Assembly: GCF_009914755.1 (NCBI RefSeq)
Contig: NC_060947.1
Origin: the human T2T-CHM13v2.0 reference genome, Homo sapiens
DNA length: 64,000 nucleotides
Reading direction: 5' to 3' (one strand)
Shown here: positions 54,400 to 64,000 of the stretch, piece by piece
How positions within the stretch are numbered: the stretch's first letter is position 1
How the letters are laid out: each line of letters starts with the position of its first letter
Made by a program: the position numbers and the translations under genes
Notes under the pieces: model-generated
Seen by the model: only the letters and a program-made list of their open reading frames with translations
Database searches by the model: none
What the model was told of the DNA's origin: nothing

Positions 54400-54750
54400 G
54401 ATCTCAGCTTTAAAGCCAAACAGACATAGATTTGAATGATAGCTCTGCCATCTTTGCTAGCAAGGTAACCTTGGTCAAGTGACCTAACCCCTTTGGCCTT
54501 TAATTTCCTCAACCACAACAACAAAAAATGGAAATAGTGGTACTCATCTCATAGGAATGTTGTGAGGATTAAATGAGACTGGGAGACTACAGAATAGGAG
54601 TCAGGAAATTAGGATTTACATTTTGGTTCTGGCTCTTAGTAGCCAGAGGTTAGTCCTTAGGAGAGTAAATTAACCTGTCTGAACCTCAGTTTCCTCATCT
54701 GCAAAGTGGAAATAACACCCTGCACTTTATAGATTTTTGATGACCATGCA
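54400..54750 (+). mobile_element. Two tandem MIR copies
   Basis: Two MIR cores: accttggtcaagtgacctaacc...tgtgaggattaaatgaga and tctgaacctcagtttcctcatctgcaaagtgg. Confidence 0.75.
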
Positions 54751-55427
54751 TTTGGCTTGTTGTCATGTAAACAAATAGGTTACTCACAATCATGGAAAGT
54801 TCTCTGGTAATGTAAAGCTGACATGGAGGAGGATAAAGTGATAATGCCTTGTGATTTACACTTTATTTTCTACCTCAGATCCCAAACTAAGTAAGTCTTT
54901 ATGTTAGAATGGTTCTCTTCTTCCTGAGCTCTAAATATCACATCACAAATAATGTTTACCAAACAAATATTCTGTGAATTAGAAAATTATCCCTGTCATG
55001 AAACTTTTGATTTTTTGAAAAATGCTTATTTAATATCCGGTTGTCATCCTCATTACGGACTGTTAGCACATCCAAACAACTGAACTTAAGTGATATTTTG
55101 CTTTTCCTTATTCTTTTGTATTGCAAAACATCATGTTAACAAGTTATGAATGCCTAATTAGTTTGAAAACCATAAGTAAATAAACCATTAGACTGAAAAC
55201 AGAAGTATCAATACCTGCCCAATCTAGTCAAATAATTGCCTTTATGAACTTTGGTTTGAAATGCAAAGATTATGTTCAAAAACTGATTTGGCTGAAATGA
55301 GACCAGTAAAAAAGTTATTTTCATAAAAATACAATACAGACAATATGTTATTCCATATGACAGCCGCAATGTCATATTCTGCTTCTTTAAATTTTATCTA
55401 TATTTTATTTGATTACTTCTTGTGGCA

Positions 55428-55932
55428 TGGTAGTAGGCAGAATAATGCCCTCCACCCCAAAGATGTCCATAATCTAATCTGTTAGGAATATGGTAGGTTC
55501 TATAGCAAAGTCAAATTAAGGTTGTAAGTAGAATTATGGTTGCTAATCCCCTGACCTCAAAATAGGGAAATCATCATGGATTATCCAGGTAAGCTCAATG
55601 AAATCACAGGTTTCCTTAAAAATAGAAGAGGTAGGTAGAAAAGAAAGAATAATATAATGTCACAAGGATTCAACCTGCCCTTGCTGGCTTTGAAGATGAA
55701 AAATGGCCAAGCACCAATGAATGCAGACAGACTCTAGAAGGTAGAAAAGGAAAAGGAATTGATTTTCTCCCAGGGCCTCCAGAAAGGTATGCAGCCCTGC
55801 TGACACCTTAATTTTAATCCAGTGAGACCCACATTAGACTTCTCACTTCCCAAACAATAAGATAATAGTAAATATGTTGTTTTAAACTACTAAGTGTGTG
55901 ATAGCTTACCAGCAGCAATAAAAGTTAAAACA
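55428..55932 (+). mobile_element. MLT1D LTR
   Basis: taggcagaataatgccc...aaagatgtccat...tgctggctttgaagatg...gcagccctgctgacacctt...agcagcaata. Confidence 0.85.
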
Positions 55933-56384
55933 GTCAATTACCACTTTTTGTCAGTTACTACAGCCATTTTATACCTCCGTTTCTTCTACTAGATTAAGCC
56001 TTTTGATCTGACTCTGTGTATTCTTCAAATTTATACTTTACTGCCCCCAACGAAGATATACACACTAGTTGGTAGAGTACCTTTCTGTAATAGAACTACA
56101 AACATTTGTTAACTGATTATAAGAATGAATTACACCAAGTAATCCAAAATCGAATTTTCATCCCATTCTTTGACCTGTGGAATTTTGTGGATACAGCTAA
56201 AGGAGGTATTCAGTCAATTAATCCCCAAAGCTCATCAGTTTAGTGAAGTGTTTAGGTTTCTTTCTTTCTTTCCTTTTTATTTATTTATTTATTTTTTTTG
56301 GTGATGCTTATATGGAGATATTTTGGATGTATTTTGAACACACACACAAAAAAACAGTCTTAAAAAAAAACACGGAAGAAATAT

Positions 56385-56820
56385 GACAGTATAGAGTAGT
56401 GGCTATGACCTTGGACTCAAGGGTGAGATAGACTTTGGTTGAATCTTGGACCCAAAATGTATTTACCAGCAATGTGACTTTGGACAAATAATTTAAACTC
56501 ATTGAGCCTCAGTTTTCTTATCTGTCAAATGTTGATAATAGTAGGACCTACTTTATACATTGTCATGAGGATTTAATGAGAGAATAAATGTAAAAGGGCT
56601 TGGCATGAAATCCCTGCTTAATCAATGTTAGCCATGGTGCAGTAGCAAGAATATTGAACTTTTAATTCAAGAAACTTGGGTTTGGGTCTTCTGTTTTATT
56701 ATTAATTTGCAGTATGATATTGAGTACATTCCTCCTTTTCTGCCTTTCAGTTTCTTCATCTGTCAAAATAGCCAGATGAATTAGATCTCTAAGGGTTTGT
56801 CTAGCTCTAAAATTATCCAT
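56385..56820 (+). mobile_element. MIRb followed by MIR3-like copy
   Basis: tgtgactttggacaaataatttaaactcattgagcctcagtttt and ttcagtttcttcatctgtcaaaat...gatctctaagg...ctagctctaaaatt. Confidence 0.75.
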
Positions 56821-57681
56821 CCTTGGGTATCATATTATATTTTTAGACATCACTATCTAGGCCAAATTTCTAGATCCTGACAGATCAGTCATCACAGAGC
56901 CAAATGATGATCTTTAAGCAAGGTAAAAATTCACCCATCTCCCATGTTTAACCTTTCATACTTATTTTAATACTAACTATATCCCAAGTTCTGTGTGAAA
57001 CCTGGAAGTATACTATCTTGTGAAATTTCTTTGATAATAACTATATGTGGAATTTGTTTGACATCAACAATATAAGGGTCCAGGGAGTACTATTTTAGAG
57101 AGAGAAAGAAAAATCTTACTTGAGGGGAAAAAGGCAACAGTGAAGAAAAAGCAGGAACTGTGAAGAAAAAAAAAAAAACAAAACTACCATCATAACCACT
57201 GTTTAAGTTTCCATTTCCCCCAAGGTTGTTTTCTTTTCAAATTTGAAGAAGTTGCTTTATGTCTGGGCAGATTTGTGCTGAATAAACATTGTTCTCTCCA
57301 GAGAAGGGCCTTGTGTCAAATGGCATTGAGAAGAAATTGCCCTGCCTTATACTTAAGCTTTCCCAAAGCTCATGCACTGCTCAAAACTCAAATATTAGTG
57401 GAAATAAATGTGGGATCTAGAGAAAAGGGCAACTCAGGGCAACTTCACAGCAGCCCTGACCATTCACTACCCTCAGGGCACATCCACTGAATTGCAAGGC
57501 AGGACACAGGCTCTGAGCCAGTTGCTAGGGAGGCCCTAAGCTTTGCAGGGGCAATGGTCAGGTAAGTTGCCCAGCACTTTCCCAGCAGTTTAACCTCTAT
57601 TTGGTAAAGGATCACTTATTTATTAAAGACAATAACTGACTTTAAGTTCTATGCTAATAAAAGGCAAATACTTCAATGGCT

Positions 57682-57980
57682 TTAAATAATGGAAGGGATA
57701 TTTTTAGTGAAACTGGAATGTGTTTTAAAAGCAATGTAATCCTCTGAATATAAACTTTCATGTGTTTGACTCTCAGCAGTTCTCAATAATTTTATCTTCC
57801 AAATATACATGTGAGGAACATGAACCATTGTCATCAGTAACAGTGACTTAATGAAGCGAATTATTTTTAAAGGGTTGTAGTAGGTAGGGAGATGAGGGAG
57901 ATACATGTAAAAGTATCTGAAGTTGGAGCCATCAGTGATTTGAAAACAAATTTTCAAATAATTCTGGGGATCACTGGTTC
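57682..57980 (-). pseudogene. Tentative pseudo-exon IFENLFSNH/..GSNFRYFYMYLPHLPTYYNPLKIIRFIKSL
   Basis: ORF 57682..57957 in unique DNA with RGS helix 2-4-like spacing; splice sites not established. Confidence 0.3.
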
Positions 57981-59652
57981 TGTTTTTTGTGGTGAGCCTA
58001 TCACAAATGTTCTATTATAGCTGGGACACCTAGAGAATATATCTTCTCTCTAGATTGAGTTAATAAACAGTCCATGCTGATCTGTTTCCTCCTGTTACAA
58101 ATAAGACAGACAATATTATAATTTTGGTAGAGAAAATGATTATAAAATATTAATTGCTACAGTGGTTAGTTGATGGAAGTAATAACAAGCTGAAATAAAA
58201 ACAAAGCTTGATTATTAATGAACATTGATTTTTTAATTTAACATATGCCTGGGCTCTTTTCCTAAGATGTTATTATGAACTAGAAGATTCACTCATAGTA
58301 ATGCTGGTTAGAATCTTGAGGAAAACAGCTTTACTTGTCTTCATCGGCTTCTGCAGAAGGCCACCCTGTTTGTTGGCTAACATCAATGTGAAGATAGTAA
58401 GTCAAGAAAGGGGCCCTGGTGCCCAATGTGTGCCTACAATGGACTAAAGTCTTTCATTCCACATTTAGAGACAATCCTTCAAAAGCAGCTAGCCTTATGA
58501 GAGAAGGTACAAGTGTCTTAAGTTCACATTAAGGTTTAAATGGCAGATGCTTTTTTGCAGCAGGTTTTGATCAGAGTCACAACTTTGTGTGCCTAAAAGC
58601 AGGATGGAGAAGAAATTTCTCTAAAATAGAGATCACAAAATTAGGAATATTAGGGCAAAGGAGATATATTGTAACCAAGGCTGGTCCTGCTTGAATTTAC
58701 AGGTTTGGAACATTAAGGATGATATTGAATAATCATGATTTTTCTATACTTTTTCCTGGATAATCATCTAAATTACGGGACTCTCAGCCTGGTAATTCTA
58801 GAAATAAAATATTTTTATCGTATGGAGCTTTAGATTAAGTGGCCAGTAAATTGTGTACATCATAATACAGGATTAGGAAGACTATGTAGTTAATTGAGAA
58901 AGAGAGATTCCTTGCCTCAAGCAATTATCAGCTAATCACAATAAAAAAATGACAAGTATTCCAAAGAATAATAGCTCTTATGATGTGTTCAGAGCTCAGC
59001 AATTTCTGCATTCATTCTGTGTTCAATTTATGAAATCTTCAAACTAGTCAACTACTTAGGCTAAGCTTGGCAAATCTCCATTCATGATTACAGGAAATTT
59101 TTAAGGTATTAACAGGATCTCTGGCTCTCCGTAAATCTGATTTGCTAAGTAAGGACCTCCATTTTGTCTTCTCACATGAAAGCTATTCCCAAGTCTTTCT
59201 TCCCAAAATCCTCAATTCCCTCAGAACAATAGGCAGTCTGTAATACTTGTACATCTGCGCACTTTCGGACAAAGAGCCATAAGGCTGCTATTGCTCTCTT
59301 TTGGAATTAGCTCATGAGCTTAGGTGATTTGGAAGAGGAAAGAGCCCATGGAATGGTTGCTACCCATTGACAAAATCCAGTGACTATTTCAGAACTTGAG
59401 AAGTATTTGGCATAAAATATTATTGTTTTAATTAATAAAATTGTGTTTTATTAATGGATGTGTGTGATCAATGTCACTTCTTTGCACAACTTCAGGGCAT
59501 CCCATTAATATTATATGCTCCCAGGAATGCCATTCACATGGAAACTGATGTAAGTGTGCCCCTGGAGTTGGGCAATGAGATGGTATTGCCTGTTACCTTT
59601 GGCCATCTAGTATTTATTTCTTTTTCTAACACAACCTAAGTTTTCTTTAGGA

Positions 59653-59866
59653 CAGTGGTTATTAAGCAGGTACAATGTTATTGCCCTCATTACATTTTGC
59701 CAATATCTTGAGACATTTCTAGTTTCACAACTGGGGGAAGGTCCTACTGGCATCTTTGGGTAGAGGCCAGGGAAGCTGCTAAACATCCAACAATGCATGG
59801 GACAGTCACCTACAACAAAGAATTTGCTGTTAGTGAATGTTATCTCGCTGAGGTTGAAAAAAACTG
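59653..59866 (+). mobile_element. MER20
   Basis: ctactggcatctttgggtagaggccagggaagctgctaaacatccaacaatgcatgggacag...gctgaggttgaaaaaactg. Confidence 0.88.
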
Positions 59867-60936
59867 CTTTTAGGAGATTCTTCTCTTCTTCATGATTTGC
59901 ATATAATCTTTCCTAGGCCTGGAGCTCAAAACTTGTTCATTCAGCCTGTCATTCTGGGATTTTGAATCTTGATCAAAGTGAAACAAGGACAAAACATTTA
60001 ACCAAGATACAACACAATAAAAGAAAACATATTAAAAAAAAACAACAAAACCAGTTCAATTCAATGAGGGGGTCAAGATGAAATTATTGTATAGTCTCTT
60101 TTGCTTGCATACCTAGACCTCGCCTGGTTTCTTTTCTGTTATTAAACCTAGTTCCCCAAACTTCCTGGCCATCCTTGAGATATACTTCTGATAAATTCCC
60201 TTTTGGCTTTAATTAGCAAAAGTTTGATTCTGTTCCTTGCAATCTAAGAATGCTATGGGAAGCACAGTTTTTTAGAGAAAGAATACCACCGGGAAGTTAA
60301 TTTGGAGATTGTGTTTATTTGTTCCCCAATGTCACATACTATCTTCTTTGCTGAATTATATGAGACATGATCTTTATCCTCCAGGAGCTTAAAAATATAG
60401 TTAGGAAGACAAGACATACCCATGTAATGTGAGGTTTAATTTGTATTCAAAGTAGTACATGTCATGAACCAAATGGGTGGTTCAAAGGAGTAGTCAATGC
60501 TTTAGGATTTAAGAGAGGAGAAAGATTAGCTTGGACTGTTATTAAGGAAGGCTTTCTGGAGGATTCAAGACTTAAACAAGTTTTTGGAGGATAGCTAGGA
60601 CTTGGGATGAAAAAAAGAAAGGGGGAGGTCTTAGAGTATTGTGGGCCTGGTGAAATCAGACAGAACTCAATTCAGGTCCCTTCTTTAGATTCAAGAAGAA
60701 GCTGCTTGACTTTGGGCAAGTTATTTGTAAAATGTAATATAAAATGTCTTGAAACAGCCTAGAACAGTAGATATTAAGTAAATCATAACTATGGTAGCTG
60801 TTTTTGTTTGTTACCAAACTTAGAGGAAGAGTTTAAGCCAAGATGCATAGTTGGAAATTAATGCGATGTGAATGAGGAAAGTAAGTTGTCTATAGCATCA
60901 ATAAAATAGAAGATAGGTGGGTAAAAAGGCAGGAAA

Positions 60937-61285
60937 GGCTGGGCACCGTGGCTCACACCTGTAATCCCAGCACTTTGGAAGGCCGAGGCGGGTGGATTAC
61001 CTGAGGTCGGGAGTTCGAGACCAGCCTGACCAACATGGAGAAACCCTGTCTCTACTAAAAATACAAAATTAGCCGGGCGTGGTGGTGCATGCCTGTAATC
61101 CCAGCTACTCCAGAGGCTGAGGCAGGAGAATCGCTTCAACCCAGGAGGCGGAGATTAAGGTGAGCTGAGATTCTGCCATTGCACTCCAGCCTGGGCAACA
61201 AGAGTGAAACTACATCTCAAAAAATAAATAAAATAATAAAATAAAATAAAATAAAATAAAATATAAAATAAATAAAATAAAATAA
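60937..61285 (+). mobile_element. AluSp with (AAAAT)n tail
   Basis: gtcgggagttcgagaccagcctgaccaacatggagaaaccc diagnostics; degenerate TSD ending caggaaa. Confidence 0.95.
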
Positions 61286-63259
61286 TGACAGGAAAGTTAT
61301 TAAGGCTAGACTATGACTGCCTTTATGTTCCCAGGTGACAAGTTCAGAGTTTATCCTCCTGTAAATGTAGGAAACATTGGTAGGTTTTGAATGGTTAAAT
61401 GTTATGACGAAAATAGTGATGTTAGAATGTGATTTTAGTGCTGCTATGCTGAATGGATTTGGGAGGATCCATTTCATTGACCATAACATACAAATTCCAA
61501 AATAGCTTCATTCACAGAAATTAATGAGTTTCTGTCCTTCTACTCCCTCCCACTTGGTCTTTCTGGCCAATCTAATTAAACAGGTAAGTCAACAACAAAA
61601 GAGGACAATGAAAGTTGTCATAACAGTAGGTAACACTTGGGCAATGTAGTCAAATTCATTTATTCAATTAAACAAATGAGTCTACTTATTTTTTATACTA
61701 AGTTCATGGAAATTGACCAATCATTTCAGTCAAACCAGTTGATCTGGTTGTACATATAGATAAAATCATTGCCTATCATGGAAAAGAACAAGTTATTTTG
61801 AGCATTCTTCTCAGGAAAGTTAGTGTCAAACATATAAAACCTAGTTTTAGGAAGAAGAAGGCAGTAATAGTAGTAGCTTCACTAACACGTTAAGACTAGT
61901 GTCATGGTATACACAGTAGAGCAATTATATTTAAGGATAATTAAATATAAGCAGCTACTGAGGAAAGTGCATTGGTGAAATTGTACATTGAAACGTTAGT
62001 AACAAAATGTATCCTTTGCTCCCATTCTTTCAATCAAAGCATGAAGCTTAAGCAGCAAATTCAAAGATTAGCTCAGACCCCAATTAGTCCCCCTTGAGGT
62101 CCAGGATAAAATTCCTAATAAAATTGTAAATCTCTGCCCTGTTGTTTAGGGGACTTGGTATTGACAGTTCTTTCTTTCCTTTCACAATTAGTAACTGAGT
62201 TTCAGATGAGATTTAAAAATAAAAATGAACAAGAAATGAGCTTGCCTCCCTGTGGCAGCATGCACTCTAGCTAATCTGCAAATGCTATAATTATGCAAGG
62301 TGCTGATAGATTTGTCTCTGGGCTGGTGGTCAGGATCCAATTGAACTGCTGCAGTTGCTGCTTTATCATCACAAATGTTCTGCACTTCTTAGCAATTCTC
62401 AGGCCTAAACATGATATTGGAATTTAAAGAGGCACCATAGCCTTATATCCCATTGAGATGTGCTGGGTTAAGTGCCAGTTCATCTCTTTCCATTCACAGG
62501 TTTAGGGGGAAAAGGTGTATATGTGTGGGGTGTCCTACAGGGATCATGTTTCAACTGGCTGTTTGCCACAAAGCCATTCCCATTGGACTAGGAACCCTAG
62601 TGTAATTATCGTAGAGTCAAAGAGGCTAAAACCACTGACTCAGTACTGAGCTCTTTACCTGTCTACTGCCTACAACTTATATCCTGTTTTCCTATTCATC
62701 TTGCAAGTGGGGGCTTTTGGTCCCAAGGGGACACCAAATAAGACAATATAAGCTTCATTTAACTTCATATCTAAATTGGCCACATTTGTAACTGTCTTCT
62801 TTACCTTACAAGGTCATCATGAAGATAATATGAGCTAATGTATCTGAAAGCACTTTGAAACTTATGAACCACCTATAAATGTAAGATGCTTAAAATTATC
62901 ATTAATATTAGTGAATGTCACTTCAGCAATTGATATTTAACAATAATAAAATTAGGGTAAATACATCCATAGTCCATGGCGGAAGATAAGGGAAGGGGAA
63001 AACAATGACCCCAAACTCATCCTGCTGAAAGCAGAGCAAGATTGTCATTTCCATACATGAAATACATTCCTTACAATTGCTTCCCACCTATCGCATTCCA
63101 GTTAATTTATTTGGAAGAAGGAAATATTTTAAAATAAGATTGCCCAAGAATAGTTTCCAGCAAACTAAATGTCTATAATTTGGATGTGTAAGGTAAATTG
63201 ACAATAATTCTATAAAGAAATCAAAATGGGTTTTTTATTAATAAAATGAAAAATGGCTG

Positions 63260-63730
63260 GATTTAATTTTATTTATGTTTTGAATACATAGCATATGGGG
63301 ATGGTTCAAAATATAAAGGCATATAGTGAAGATTAAATCTTCCTTCTGCCTGCCCATGACACCCTTTCCTTACCCACCACAGTTACTCAGCCATCCACTC
63401 CCTCTCTTCAGAGGACACCACTGTTACCAGTTGCACATGTATCCATCTAGAAATATTTCATACATATACAAACATTTATATATGCATATGTATGTTTTAT
63501 ACTCAAAATAGCATGCTGCGCATACTATTTGGGACCTTGTTTTTTTCATTAAACAGTATGTCTTGGAAATATTTTCATATCTAATCTACAGATTTACCTA
63601 ATTATTTTAAACAGCAGTATCATAATATGTCATTATATGAAATCACCACAATTGTAACAAGGCTCCTACTATTAGAAATTGAGGTTGTTTCCAATATTTT
63701 ACTATTACAAATAATAGCAAACTACAACAA
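63260..63730 (-). mobile_element. L1ME 3' end
   Basis: accttgtttttttcattaaacagtatgtcttggaaatatttt...ggttgtttccaatattttactattacaaataatag. Confidence 0.75.
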
Positions 63731-64000
63731 AATTGAACATCTGATATAACTGGATTTTAAATTCAAACATATTCATTTTTTTTAAAGTAGATCCCTCATG
63801 TTTCCAATAATATTTAAAAATCAGATTATTAAGAGTAACTGTAGTATTTATGAAATGAAGACTAGACATTATATTAGTAGGTCTAAATTATGCCAAAGTC
63901 AATTAAAACAAAAATGTTGTTCAATTCCATAAGGACAATACATATTGTATGTCATCTTGAATGATGTGTTGGAAAAATGAAGGCAATTAATTCACTGAAA

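Overview
AT-rich primate (human-like) nuclear DNA. There is no intact protein-coding gene, rRNA, tRNA or CRISPR array. Much of the window is transposon debris: a deleted MER4A1 ERV1 provirus with both LTRs, PBS, PPT and TSD; a near full-span L1MA2 carrying nested Alus, an L1PA insertion and an 870-bp AT expansion; a twin-primed L1PA; six Alu loci; THE1/MST/MLT1 LTRs; and MER5, MER58A, MER6A, MER20, MER91A, MADE1, L2, L3 and MIR fragments. The main unexpected signal lies in the non-repeat islands. About 20 minus-strand segments from ~58 kb down to ~0.8 kb mostly have AG/GT splice-like boundaries and often join in compatible phase. Read through stops and frameshifts, they translate into peptides that repeatedly resemble RGS (regulator of G-protein signalling) domain motifs. 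I interpret this as a decayed multi-exon, multi-RGS-domain unitary pseudogene that I cannot name; the family call is by eye and needs an HMM or tBLASTn test. Two local template-switch events are directly visible: an inverted 125-bp copy inserted into MER6A, and a perfect 31-bp inverted repeat bracketing the AT expansion.
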